The translations under genes and the position numbers were made by a program. Shown one piece after another: positions 51,040-60,192 of a DNA stretch of 64,000 nt (its first letter is position 1; each line of letters starts with the position of its first letter). The stretch is taken from assembly GCA_021827495.1 (NCBI GenBank), contig JAKAVN010000001.1, positions 9,954 through 73,953 on the forward strand, written 5' to 3'. This DNA comes from Deltaproteobacteria bacterium (GTDB lineage: Bacteria; Desulfobacterota; Binatia; Binatales; Binataceae). The notes below the pieces were generated by a model that was not told the DNA's origin, searched no databases, and saw nothing but the letters and a program-made list of their open reading frames with translations.

Positions 51040-51357
51040 CGCAGCAGTACCGCCATCACTCCGGCCGCGCGCGTGACCGGCCACATCAGCAGCGCCGCGC
51101 CGGGAATCGTCGTCGACCAGGCCAGCGTGCATCCGGCCGTCGCTCACGCGGCCTTGGTGAACAGCGGGTCGAGCCGATGCGAGCGCGCGTGGGATCTGTG
51201 GATCGCCGGCGGCGCCGAAGCCGAGACGGAGGTGAGAAAAGCCGCCAAGCAGCGGAATCCCGAGAAAAGCGAAAGACGCGATGGCGTAGATGGCGAGCGC
51301 TGCGGCGGGCTCGGCAGGCCGGCCCGGCGGGGTTGCGCTGCGCGCTGGCGGCGTCAT
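51040..51357 (-). pseudogene. Decayed N-terminal fragment of a multi-TM (GT-C-like) membrane protein
   Basis: Frame 1 AALAIYAIASFAFLG...GDPQI, then shifted frame HRLDPLFTKAA*ATAGCTLAWSTTIPGAALLMWPVTRAAG with TGA at 51144-51146. Confidence 0.6.
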
Positions 51358-51429
51358 CGGCGGCCGAGGATGGCCCTCTCTCGTGTGCTTACGCGATAAA
51401 CCCCGTTTCCCTGAGTCATTGCAGGGCTG

Positions 51430-51870
51430 CTACTTCTTTGCCTTGAGCGGGTCGGCGAACTCGGTGGTGAAGCCGCCGGCCTTGAGCGCCTCGACACAGC
51501 AGGCGACATCTTCTTCTATCGTGCCGCCGCTGGCGCCCACGGCGCCCAGAAAGTCTCCCTTCTCCACGATCGGCAGACCGCCCGCCACGATGCATATGCG
51601 TGAGTCGGTGTGCTGCAGGCCATAGCCAAAAGCCTCGGGCATCATGATCGGGCGCAGCATCGCGGTGGGCCGCTTGAACGCGATCGCGGTCCAAGCCTTC
51701 TTGATTGCGATATCGACGTTGGCGATCCGTCCGCCCTCGGGCCGCTCCAGGCCGCGTAGATGGCCGCCGAAATCCACGATCGCGATCGTGCTCGGCTTGC
51801 CCACCTCTTGGGCCTTGCGATTTGCCGCCTGTAGCATCTTGCGAATTTCTTCGAGTGTCACTTCACGCAT
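51430..51870 (-). CDS. GlcG/HbpS-family heme-binding protein
   Basis: IAIVDFGG, IAIKKAWTA, AGGLPI...GAVGASGG...ED; AGGAG RBS. Confidence 0.9.
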   Translation of the reverse strand: MREVTLEEIRKMLQAANRKAQEVGKPSTIAIVDFGGHLRGLERPEGGRIANVDIAIKKAWTAIAFKRPTAMLRPIMMPEAFGYGLQHTDSRICIVAGGLPIVEKGDFLGAVGASGGTIEEDVACCVEALKAGGFTTEFADPLKAKK

Positions 51871-52017
51871 CTATCTTCAACTCCTAACTTTATGATTGCG
51901 TAATCTACGTCGGCCTCGCCACCTCCACGACTGTGTCGGAGGTCGCCACGGCGACCGCTGGGACCCTGCGCTTCGCCAGTCAAGCTGGGATCGTTTGGCG
52001 GGTTGTTCGACCGCCAG

Positions 52018-52995
52018 TCAAAAAGTGTAGCGCTTGCCGACTACCGAAGGGTCCACGACCGTCTCGCCGACTGCGTTGGCAAATGCCCTGACGGCGCGCC
52101 AGCCGGTGCAGTGCCCGGCGGCTATCGTGGACAGGTTGAACTCCTTCACGGCTTGCACCGTCTCCGGAATGATTTTTTCATTAGGGCCCGCGAGATGAAA
52201 CCCCCCAAGCACCGCATAGAGGGGGATGCCGGGAGCGCAGTCGCGGGCATGCTTCAACACGTTTACCACCCCGGCATGTGAGCATGCCGTGAACACCACT
52301 AGCCCCTTTCCGGCAACGTTTACCATCAAAAATCGCTCGTCGATCAACAGAGGGTCGGGCATCCAGTTCCCGGCCTCGGTCTTTTGGTAATGCGCGGGCA
52401 GCCCGTGCTCGAACGGCGTCACTCGCGGGATCTCACCGCTCAGGTAAAACATGCTATCGAGAAGGACTTGGGGCTCCCGGGTGCAGTTGACCTGTGCGCC
52501 ATGTGCGGTCAGAGCTTCGATACTCGGAACGTCTTTTATGGGGAGCATGCTGCCGTTGGGCAGTCGCCGTGCGCGCGCCCGGAACATCCCAAGATGAGCA
52601 TAATACGGAGTCGGACGGCCGCCGTTGCGGCTGCGGACGAGGTCGAGCGCTTTGAGCATTCCTCCTGCATGGTCCCAGTGCCCATGGGACAGCACGATGC
52701 TTTCGACCGTCCCCAAATCGACGCCAAGGCGCTTGGAGTTGCGCTCGAACGCATATTCTTCCGGTCCGGTGTCGAAAAGGACGGTGTGCCGGTGTGCGCC
52801 GCGAGTGGCCGTGATCAGGTGGGAGAGGCCATGGCAGGCGCAGCAAAGACAGTCACCGGACAGCTCCCGCATCCCGTGCCGCTCCAGAAAGGTGAACTCG
52901 GATTCCACGTGAGCGGGAATGGTCGAAAGGCTGTCGGTCGCATTATCGACCACGACGTGAATCTCGATCTTATCGATCGGCGCGATACCAGCCAT
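52018..52995 (-). CDS. MBL-fold metallo-hydrolase (DHPS/MptE-annotated-like family)
   Basis: VVDN, CCACHGLS, LFDTG, LSHGHWDHAGG, TACSHAG, GGFHL, GHCTG. Confidence 0.88.
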   Translation of the reverse strand: MAGIAPIDKIEIHVVVDNATDSLSTIPAHVESEFTFLERHGMRELSGDCLCCACHGLSHLITATRGAHRHTVLFDTGPEEYAFERNSKRLGVDLGTVESIVLSHGHWDHAGGMLKALDLVRSRNGGRPTPYYAHLGMFRARARRLPNGSMLPIKDVPSIEALTAHGAQVNCTREPQVLLDSMFYLSGEIPRVTPFEHGLPAHYQKTEAGNWMPDPLLIDERFLMVNVAGKGLVVFTACSHAGVVNVLKHARDCAPGIPLYAVLGGFHLAGPNEKIIPETVQAVKEFNLSTIAAGHCTGWRAVRAFANAVGETVVDPSVVGKRYTF

Positions 52996-53057
52996 TGGAA
53001 TCTCGCTACCTTCCCGGTGCAGGTTTTTCGGCGCAAGGGCAAGACGCCATCACGGGT

Positions 53058-53951
53058 TCAATCTGTTTCGATCGGCAGCGAGCCGTCTCTAGCCCACTCG
53101 CCCATAGAACCATCATACAGGGTAAGGTGTTCATACCCGAGCTGATACAGCACAAATAAATCGACGGTGGCTGAAATCCCGCCGCCACAGTAGCAGATGA
53201 CGTTCTTGGAGGTTTCCACGCCGGCCGCACTGAACTTTGTGCTGGCGTCCGCCAATGGCACGAACGCCTTCGTGTTGCGATCTAGTAACTTCCCCGCCGG
53301 CACATTTACACTGCCAGGAATTCGCCTAGGGCGACCGTAGCGGCTGGGGCTGGTCCCGCGATGAAGCTCAGAGGGTAAAGCGTTGACGATGACGGTGTTG
53401 GTATCTGCGAGCGCAGCCCGCACCTGCTCCTTGCCAACGAACAGCCCGGGACGTGGCCGCGCAACGAAGGTAGCGGGGGGATACGCACAGGGCTCAGTAG
53501 AAACCGGGCGGCCTTCGGCATGCCATTTCTCCCAGCCGCCATCCAATATGGCCGCGTTGTCGAACCCAAACGCCCGCAGCATCCACCACACACGAGTCGC
53601 CCACATGATACCGTCGGCACTGTACAGGACGACGCGGGTGCCTTCTCCGACACCACAACGGGACATCACAGCAGCGAACTGGCCGGCGGACGGCAGCATG
53701 AAGCGCAGCTTCGTCGTATTGTCCGACAGTTCCCCCTGGAGATCGATAAACCCCGCGCCCGCAATATGCGCGGCGTCATAGTCCGCCTTACCGCTGACGA
53801 TGCGATAGGGGGCATCGGTGTCGGCCTGCGCAGGTAGGAGGTGCGTCGTACAATCAAAGATGCGTAGATTGGCGTCGCTGCGATGGGCCTCAAGCCAGTC
53901 AGTCTGCACGAGGGCATTAGGATCGTGATATGCGATTGTATTTTCGGCCAT
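53058..53951 (-). CDS. Two-domain sulfurtransferase (SseA/rhodanese)
   Basis: HIAGA, ATRVWW, LDGG, IPGSVN, YCGGGISA, YDGSMGEW. Confidence 0.92.
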   Translation of the reverse strand: MAENTIAYHDPNALVQTDWLEAHRSDANLRIFDCTTHLLPAQADTDAPYRIVSGKADYDAAHIAGAGFIDLQGELSDNTTKLRFMLPSAGQFAAVMSRCGVGEGTRVVLYSADGIMWATRVWWMLRAFGFDNAAILDGGWEKWHAEGRPVSTEPCAYPPATFVARPRPGLFVGKEQVRAALADTNTVIVNALPSELHRGTSPSRYGRPRRIPGSVNVPAGKLLDRNTKAFVPLADASTKFSAAGVETSKNVICYCGGGISATVDLFVLYQLGYEHLTLYDGSMGEWARDGSLPIETD

Positions 53952-54123
53952 GTTTTGCCTGCACGGTTGGTCTTGCTTTGCAGTCTCTCTGGATCGCACT
54001 ACTGTGGAGTGGAGTCAAATCACAGCCGCTGTCTCCGTGCAATCACAACGGGGGTGTGAAACCAACCCTTGAAGTCCGTCGCCCAACGCACTTGATCTGT
54101 CGTCCCGAGCGCGGACGAGGTCT

Positions 54124-54528
54124 TCAAGGAGCGGGCGTCGGCGCCGTAAAGCCCAGCTTTTCGGCCGACTCGGGATAGAGCCACAAGGTCTTGCCCGATT
54201 GCGGACCGTCGAGGACGCGAACCTCGGTCATCCCCTTTTCGCTCGGACCAGCCGCTGCGACCAAGGTGCCCGCGGGCACCATCAGCAGGTTTCCGTGGTA
54301 AAAGAGCTTGCTCACTTCCATCGTCCCGAAGGCGTCGAGCGTGCGCAGCGCAGCGGCCCCTTCGGCGTAGGATTCCTTGCTGTCCGCCGCGACCGCTTCC
54401 TTCGCAAGGCGCCATTGCTTGCCCGTGACCGGCGGCGCGTCCGGGCCCTGCGCCGGTCCCGAAGACTTGCACGACACTATCAGGAGAGCGACGCAAACAG
54501 ACATGATGGCGGAGGTTGTTCTGTTCAC
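54124..54528 (-). CDS. Hypothetical lipoprotein
   Basis: LIVSC lipobox; C-terminal VPAGTLV...EVRVLDGPQSGKTLW SH3-like beta pattern; directly downstream of hisG. Confidence 0.65.
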   Translation of the reverse strand: MNRTTSAIMSVCVALLIVSCKSSGPAQGPDAPPVTGKQWRLAKEAVAADSKESYAEGAAALRTLDAFGTMEVSKLFYHGNLLMVPAGTLVAAAGPSEKGMTEVRVLDGPQSGKTLWLYPESAEKLGFTAPTPAP

Positions 54529-54550
54529 GGGATCTTTTCGAAGCTCCTCT

Positions 54551-55450
54551 TCAGATGATCTTGTTGAGCGGGTACTCGATTATCCCGACCGCGCCGGCTT
54601 CGAGCAGCTTGGGAAACAACTCGCGCACGGTGTGTTCGGCGATCACGGTCTCGACCGCCAGCCATTCCTTGCCCTTGAGATTGGGCGAGGCATAGAGGTG
54701 CGAAACGGTTGGCGCGGTAATCGAGGGCAGCAGCGTGATCACCTTTTCCAGGTTCTCGCGGGCGACGTTCATCTTGATCCCGACCCGGTTTTCGGCGTCG
54801 AGTGCGCCGCGCAGCAGCATCCCAATCTGCCGAATCTTGGCCTGCTTCCATCCCACCGCCCACGCGATCGGGTTGGCCACCAGCACCGGGGTCGAGGTAA
54901 GCAGTTGCTCGACGATCCGCAGGCCGTTGGCGCGCAACGACGAGCCGGTCTCGGTGACCTCGACCACGGCGTCGACCAGGCCTTCGGCGGCCTTGGCCTC
55001 GGTGGCGCCCCAGGAAAATTCAACTTCGACTTTAATTTTGCGCTCGAGGAAGACCCGGCGCGTGAATTCGACCATCTCGGTCGCCACGCGCTTGCCGTCG
55101 AGGTCTTCCAGCCGGCGCACCGGCGAGGAGTCGGGAACGGCGAGCACCCAGCGCGTCGGCGCCAGCGAGACCTTGGAGTAGATGAAGCTTTCGACTTCGA
55201 CCAACTCGACCGCGTTCTCGACGATCCAATCGCTGCCGGTAATGCCGGCGTCGAGCGAGCCGTCGGCGATGTAGCGCGGCATCTCCTGCGGGCGGAGCAG
55301 ACGGCAGCTTAGGGTGGGGTCATCGACGCTCGGCATGTAGGAGCGCGCGCCGACCGACACGCGCCATCCCGACTTGCGCATCAGCTCGATGGTCTGGGCT
55401 TCGAGGCTGCCCTTGGGCAATCCGAATTTGAGTACGTTGTCAGCGGGCAT
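54551..55450 (-). CDS. hisG: ATP phosphoribosyltransferase (long form)
   Basis: GLPKGSL, RPQEM, DAGITG.DW, ATE, SWGATE, TETGSSLRAN, C-terminal regulatory domain. Confidence 0.96.
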   Translation of the reverse strand: MPADNVLKFGLPKGSLEAQTIELMRKSGWRVSVGARSYMPSVDDPTLSCRLLRPQEMPRYIADGSLDAGITGSDWIVENAVELVEVESFIYSKVSLAPTRWVLAVPDSSPVRRLEDLDGKRVATEMVEFTRRVFLERKIKVEVEFSWGATEAKAAEGLVDAVVEVTETGSSLRANGLRIVEQLLTSTPVLVANPIAWAVGWKQAKIRQIGMLLRGALDAENRVGIKMNVARENLEKVITLLPSITAPTVSHLYASPNLKGKEWLAVETVIAEHTVRELFPKLLEAGAVGIIEYPLNKII

Positions 55451-55510
55451 AATCGCTAGCGTCGTTTCCGTGTCGTGGCGTTATTGAACGTGAGACGGGT
55501 TGCGCGCGGC

Positions 55511-55948
55511 TCAGTGCGCGGGCTTGGGCTGATGGCCGTAACCGGGGCCGTACTTGGCGGGGTCGACCCGGCGCGTATCGACGATGTGCAAGGCGCCGTC
55601 GCGCCACACCCGGAAGAAGCACGATTCGTAGCCCTCGTGGCAGGCGGCGCGGTCGCCGTGCTGCTCGACCGAGAGCAGGATGGTGTCGTTGTCGCAGTCG
55701 ATGCGGATCTCGTGCACGGTCTGGTAGTTGCCAGACTCTTCGCCCTTGCGCCACAGGCGGTTGCGCGAGCGCGAGAAGTAGCAGGCGTGGCCGGTCTTGA
55801 GCGTTTCCTCGAAGGCCTCGCGGTTCATGTAAGCGACCATCAGGAGGCGGCCGCTTTGGTGGTCCTGGGTGACGACCGGGACCACGCCGCCGCTTTTCTC
55901 GAAATCGATCTGTGACGCTGCCTGCTGCGATGCCGACTGGGTTTCCAT
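55511..55948 (-). CDS. hisI: Phosphoribosyl-AMP cyclohydrolase
   Basis: [37 protein letters not shown]. Confidence 0.95.
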   Translation of the reverse strand: METQSASQQAASQIDFEKSGGVVPVVTQDHQSGRLLMVAYMNREAFEETLKTGHACYFSRSRNRLWRKGEESGNYQTVHEIRIDCDNDTILLSVEQHGDRAACHEGYESCFFRVWRDGALHIVDTRRVDPAKYGPGYGHQPKPAH

Positions 55949-56217
55949 CCGCGTGAGCCGGCCCCCGGCGCCGGCAAACTCCTTTTGTGAATCCGAAAGT
56001 ATCAATTAAAGTCCGGCCGGTTTCAATGCCGGCGCCACCGCGGAGAGGGGGGCGGTTTCAAAACCGGGCGGCGCATGTATAGAGTCGCTGGGGGGATGGT
56101 CAAGGATCGCCGCGTGCGCCACGTGGCCGCCAGCGCGGCGTGAAGGCCAGACCGGGGAGCGGCGAATGGATTGGCGCCGGCCCGCAGAGAAGCGATTGGC
56201 AGATGGGCGATAATCGG

Positions 56218-57081
56218 ATGAGGCTCCGCCGGCCAATAAGAGGCGCGCTGGCCGCGGCGTTGGCGCTGCTGGCCGCGGCGGCCTGCGCTTGCCGCCATAG
56301 CGCGCAAGCGCCCGTACGGCCAAAGCCCGCCTTCGTGCCATTCAACTTTCAGATCGCGGTGGGCGCCGACCATTACAATATCGAGGGCTTCATCGCGCAT
56401 CCCGGCGACCCCGGCCGCATGCCCGCGCTGCTCGTGCTGACGGCGGGCGAGGGCAACGCGCGCCGCTGTATCGAACAGAGCACCGGGCTGGTCGCACTCG
56501 GCATGCTGGAGGCCTGCATCAGCATCCCCGGCTACGGCAAGTCGTCGGGGCCGAGCCGTTTCGTCGGGCCGCAGGCGGTCGAGGCGGCGCATCGCGCGGT
56601 CGACCTGCTGGCGGCGCGGCCGGACGTCGCCCCGGACCGCATCGCAGTCTGGGGATTGTCGGACGGGGCGGTGGCGGCGGGGTTGCTGATGGACAGTGAC
56701 CCGCGGCTGCACGCGGTGATTTTACAGTCGGGCTTTTACGACACGCTCAAGATGTGGCCCGAGGCGCCGCTGCGTGAGAAGGTCACCATCCTGCGCCAGG
56801 TGTGGCCGAGCCATCGCGTGCTGGCCGAGCGCAGCGTGATCGCGCATCTGCCGCCCAAGCTCGCTTGCAACGTGCTCATCCTGCACGGCGAGCACGACAA
56901 GGAGATGCCGGTGCAGCAGGCCAAACGGCTGGCCCACGAGCTCCAGCGGCGGGGGGCCAAGGTTGAGACGCGCTTTTTCGACGACGGCCACGACCTCGGC
57001 GGCAAGGTCGACGGGCCGCTCAAGGAATTCCTGCGTCAAAACTTGATCGCTGCGGCGCCACGCACGCCGGGGCCGCCGTGA
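56218..57081 (+). CDS. Secreted alpha/beta hydrolase (S9 peptidase-like)
   Basis: Signal/lipobox AACAC, PGYGKS, WGLSDG nucleophile, LHGEHD, GHDL. Confidence 0.8.
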   Translation: MRLRRPIRGALAAALALLAAAACACRHSAQAPVRPKPAFVPFNFQIAVGADHYNIEGFIAHPGDPGRMPALLVLTAGEGNARRCIEQSTGLVALGMLEACISIPGYGKSSGPSRFVGPQAVEAAHRAVDLLAARPDVAPDRIAVWGLSDGAVAAGLLMDSDPRLHAVILQSGFYDTLKMWPEAPLREKVTILRQVWPSHRVLAERSVIAHLPPKLACNVLILHGEHDKEMPVQQAKRLAHELQRRGAKVETRFFDDGHDLGGKVDGPLKEFLRQNLIAAAPRTPGPP

Positions 57082-57158
57082 GGCGGCAAATCGTATCGTC
57101 TGATCGCGTTGGCGCAGGTGCCCGTTGGAGCCGCAGGCCGCACGGCACAAGAGCCTAG

Positions 57159-57218
57159 CAGCGTGTTGAGAAACTGCTCAATCTCGCGATCAGACGTGGG
57201 TCCATTCTCAACACCCTG
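57159..57218. mobile_element. Minimal MITE-like element (60 bp)
   Basis: CTAG-CAGCGTGTTGAGAA...TTCTCAACACCCTG-TTAG; 13/14 TIR match with YTAG flanks. Confidence 0.65.
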
Positions 57219-57295
57219 TTAGGGACTTTCCACATCTGCCCATCATGAAGCCTGGAGCCTTTACACCTCAACTTGACCGCGCGTGCTCTCTAACT

Positions 57296-57333
57296 TTGAC
57301 GGCGTTCGCTATTCTGGCTATCTTATAGCCAGA
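57296..57333 (+). promoter_or_regulatory. Toxin-antitoxin promoter with overlapping operator palindrome
   Basis: TTGACG-17 bp-TATCTT; TCTGGCTAT-CTT-ATAGCCAGA 9-bp inverted repeat ending on the A of the ATG. Confidence 0.7.
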
Positions 57334-57644
57334 TGCGGTATGAGATCGTCCTTGCCCCGGAAGCGGCCGAGGCCTACCAAGCTTTGCCGGCCTTTCCGCG
57401 CGCCCAAGTGCGGGACGCTCTCGAACGGCACCTGCGACACCAGCCAACCCTGGTGAACAAGAGCCGGATCAAGCGTTTGCGGGGCTTGAGCCAGCCGCGA
57501 TACCGGCTCCGGGTTGGGAAGGTTAGAGTTTTCTATGACGTCACCACCGAAACCGTCGAAGTTCTCGCCATCGTTAAGAAAGCCGAGGCTGCGCGCTGGC
57601 TCGCCCGGCACGGAACGCCCGATGCGCCGGGTGGCGCTGGCTGA
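57333..57644 (+). CDS. RelE/ParE-family toxin
   Basis: YEIVLAPEA, IKRLRG, YRLRVGKVRVFYDV. Confidence 0.9.
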   Translation: MRYEIVLAPEAAEAYQALPAFPRAQVRDALERHLRHQPTLVNKSRIKRLRGLSQPRYRLRVGKVRVFYDVTTETVEVLAIVKKAEAARWLARHGTPDAPGGAG

Positions 57645-57867
57645 AGTCAAGGACGACCTGTCGCGATTTCTGCGCCTCGCCGAGTCCGAGGAGATTGTGA
57701 TCACGCGCCACGGAAAGCCGGCCGGCGTGCTCATTGGGTTTGAAACCGAGGAAGACTGGTTCGACTATCGCCTGGAACACCATCCCGAGTTTTTGCGCCG
57801 GGTGGCCAAGGCGCGCGACGCGTTGAGGACCGGCCGCGGGGTTCGACTGGAAGACTTGCCGCGGTAA
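57622..57867 (+). CDS. Phd/YefM-family antitoxin
   Basis: LAEVKDDLSRFL...EIVITRHGKPAGVL. Confidence 0.9.
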   Translation: MRRVALAEVKDDLSRFLRLAESEEIVITRHGKPAGVLIGFETEEDWFDYRLEHHPEFLRRVAKARDALRTGRGVRLEDLPR

Positions 57868-57900
57868 GGCGGATGCCAGGCCTCGATTCCGATACGCGGG

Positions 57901-58782
57901 CTACTCCACGGCGTTCGGGGCCGCCGTCGCAGCGGCGCGCCGGCGCGCGACTTCGAACAGCGCGACCGCCGCCGCCACCGCGACGTTGAGCGACCCGACT
58001 TTGCCGTACATCGGGATTCGCACCACGAAGTCGGCATTCTTCTTGACGATCTCGCGCACGCCGCGCCCCTCGGAACCGACCACCAGCGCGAGGCGGCGCG
58101 TCGTATCCAGCTCGTAGATTTCGAGCGCACCCTGGGGCGCGAGCGCCGCGATCCAGTAGCCGGCCTGCTTGAGCTCTTCCATCGCGCGCGCGACGTTGCC
58201 GCATAGCGCAATCTTAAGATGCACCCAGGCGCCCGCCGACGCCTTTATCGCCGCCGGCGTAATCGCCGCCGTGCGGTCGCGGGCCAGCACGACCGTGCCG
58301 ACTCCCGCGCCCTCGGCCGAGCGCAACAGCGCGCCCAGGTTGCGCGGGTCGGTCACGCCGTCGACCAGCAGCAGCGGGTCGGGCTTCGCCGCCACGACTT
58401 CTTCGAACGGCGCGTAACTGTATTCGCGAATCAGGGCGACCACGCCCTGATGGCGCGACTCCGCGCCCGCGATCCGCGCCAGCGCCGCCGCCTCGGCCGC
58501 CACCACATGGCCGCCGGCGGCGCGCACGCATCCGATATCGCCGGCGAAGCGCGCCTCGAGCCCGGCGCGCACGTATAGCGTGCGTACCGCGCCGGGGGCG
58601 GCGGCGATAAGCTCATGCACCGGCTCGGCGCCGAAGACCAGGTCGCGCGCCGCCGCTTCCGGCGCACGCGTCAGCGGCGCGCGAAGCGGCGGCGCCTGGG
58701 CTGGCGCCGCCGCCGGCGCCACGAGCGGCGAAGCCTGTGGCCGCGGGGCGCCGGGTGGCAGTATGCGGCGGCGATGCTTCAT
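57901..58782 (-). CDS. rlmB: 23S rRNA (guanosine-2'-O)-methyltransferase, TrmH/SpoU family
   Basis: HQGVVA, DGVTDPRNLGALLRSA, KASAGA, VGSEGRG, IPMYGKVGSLNV. Confidence 0.88.
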   Translation of the reverse strand: MKHRRRILPPGAPRPQASPLVAPAAAPAQAPPLRAPLTRAPEAAARDLVFGAEPVHELIAAAPGAVRTLYVRAGLEARFAGDIGCVRAAGGHVVAAEAAALARIAGAESRHQGVVALIREYSYAPFEEVVAAKPDPLLLVDGVTDPRNLGALLRSAEGAGVGTVVLARDRTAAITPAAIKASAGAWVHLKIALCGNVARAMEELKQAGYWIAALAPQGALEIYELDTTRRLALVVGSEGRGVREIVKKNADFVVRIPMYGKVGSLNVAVAAAVALFEVARRRAAATAAPNAVE

Positions 58783-59016
58783 CGCCGCCGATAATAGTCC
58801 AGCGCAACGCGCGGCGACACTGCGGGTCACCGCGCGCGCTCTTCAAGGCTGCGCCCCAACCGCGGTCCGCAATCAACCCGCTCGCCGTCATCCTCCCGAT
58901 CGCCAAAGATATCTCCGCCGATCGTCAAAGATATCTCCGCGCGTTTGCTTGCCCGCCGCATCCGTCTACACTTATCAGCGTATTACGTTTGCGCCCGCGC
59001 GCGGGCGCGCCCAGCG

Positions 59017-60192
59017 ATGCTCAAGCTGCGAACCATCGACCGCTATGTCGCCGCCGAGGTCATCGGACCGTTCGTGATGGGCGTCGGACTGCTAACCTTC
59101 GCGCTGGTGACCGGCAAGCTGCTCAAGCTCACGGAGATGGTGGTCAATCACGGCGTCGGCCTCGGCCAGGTGATGGGCCTCATCGGCTACATCATGCCCG
59201 CCTTTCTCGAACTGACGTTTCCGATGGCGGTGCTGCTCGGCGTGCTGCTCGGCTTCGGGCGGATGTCGAGCGACCGCGAGCTTATCGCCGCGCGCGCCTG
59301 CGGCATCAGCCTGTACCAGCTCGCGCTACCGGTGATAGCGGTGGCGCTGGTGGTCTACGCGCTGGCCAGCTGGTTCGCGTTTTCGGTCCGACCGTGGGCC
59401 AATTCCAATCTCCAGGCCGAGATCTACCGGCTCACCCGCACGCGCTCGAGCGCCGGGCTCAAGGAGAAAATCTTCGACAGCAGCTTTCCCGGCCTGGTGC
59501 TCTACGTCGACCACATCTCGCACAGCAACAGCGCCTTGCAAGGCGTGCTGATTTCCGACGCGCGCAGCAACCAGCAGCAGAACACGATCATCGCGCAGCG
59601 CGGGATCATCCTGCCCGACGAGAACAACCACACCATCACACTGCGCCTGTTCGACGGATCGGTCTTCGGCGTCGACCCTTCCAGCCATAGCAGCCACATC
59701 ACCAGCTTCCGCATCTACGATCTCAACGTCGAGCCGCAAACCGGACTGGCCGACGAGGGCCACGCGCCCGAGGAGATGCCCTACGGGGAACTGAAGGGAG
59801 TAATCGCCAAGGCGCGCGCGGCGCACAAGCCGGACTATCTGGCGGAGGCCGAGATGGCGGGCAAGTACACGGTGCCGCTGGCGACGCTGCTGTTCGCCCT
59901 GATCGGCGTGCCGCTGGGACTCAAGCCCGCGCGCGGCGGCCAATCGGAGCGTTTCGGTGTCGCGATCGCGCTGTTCTTCCTATACTACATGCTGATGCGG
60001 ATGGGACGGACGCTGGCCGAGCGGGGGATGCTCAACGCGCTGTTCGCGATGGCGATTCCCGACCTGGTGTTCCTGGGGCTCGCGCTATGGATGTTCTACC
60101 GCAGCGCCAATGACCGCACCGACCAGGGCCGCGGCCCGGGCGATATCCTCTGGGACCTCATCGAGCACTTTGGCCGCAAGGGGGCCGCATGA
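59017..60192 (+). CDS. lptF: LPS export ABC transporter permease LptF
   Basis: IDRYV, PMAVLLG..GRMSSDRELIAARACGIS, periplasmic beta region, LIGVPLG; paired with lptG. Confidence 0.9.
   Translation: MLKLRTIDRYVAAEVIGPFVMGVGLLTFALVTGKLLKLTEMVVNHGVGLGQVMGLIGYIMPAFLELTFPMAVLLGVLLGFGRMSSDRELIAARACGISLYQLALPVIAVALVVYALASWFAFSVRPWANSNLQAEIYRLTRTRSSAGLKEKIFDSSFPGLVLYVDHISHSNSALQGVLISDARSNQQQNTIIAQRGIILPDENNHTITLRLFDGSVFGVDPSSHSSHITSFRIYDLNVEPQTGLADEGHAPEEMPYGELKGVIAKARAAHKPDYLAEAEMAGKYTVPLATLLFALIGVPLGLKPARGGQSERFGVAIALFFLYYMLMRMGRTLAERGMLNALFAMAIPDLVFLGLALWMFYRSANDRTDQGRGPGDILWDLIEHFGRKGAA

Noticed and set aside
51144..51146. In-frame TGA as selenocysteine or recoding
   Set aside because: The context implies a Trp (TGG to TGA) in a fragment that is also frameshifted and truncated; other genes in the window use TGA as a normal stop.
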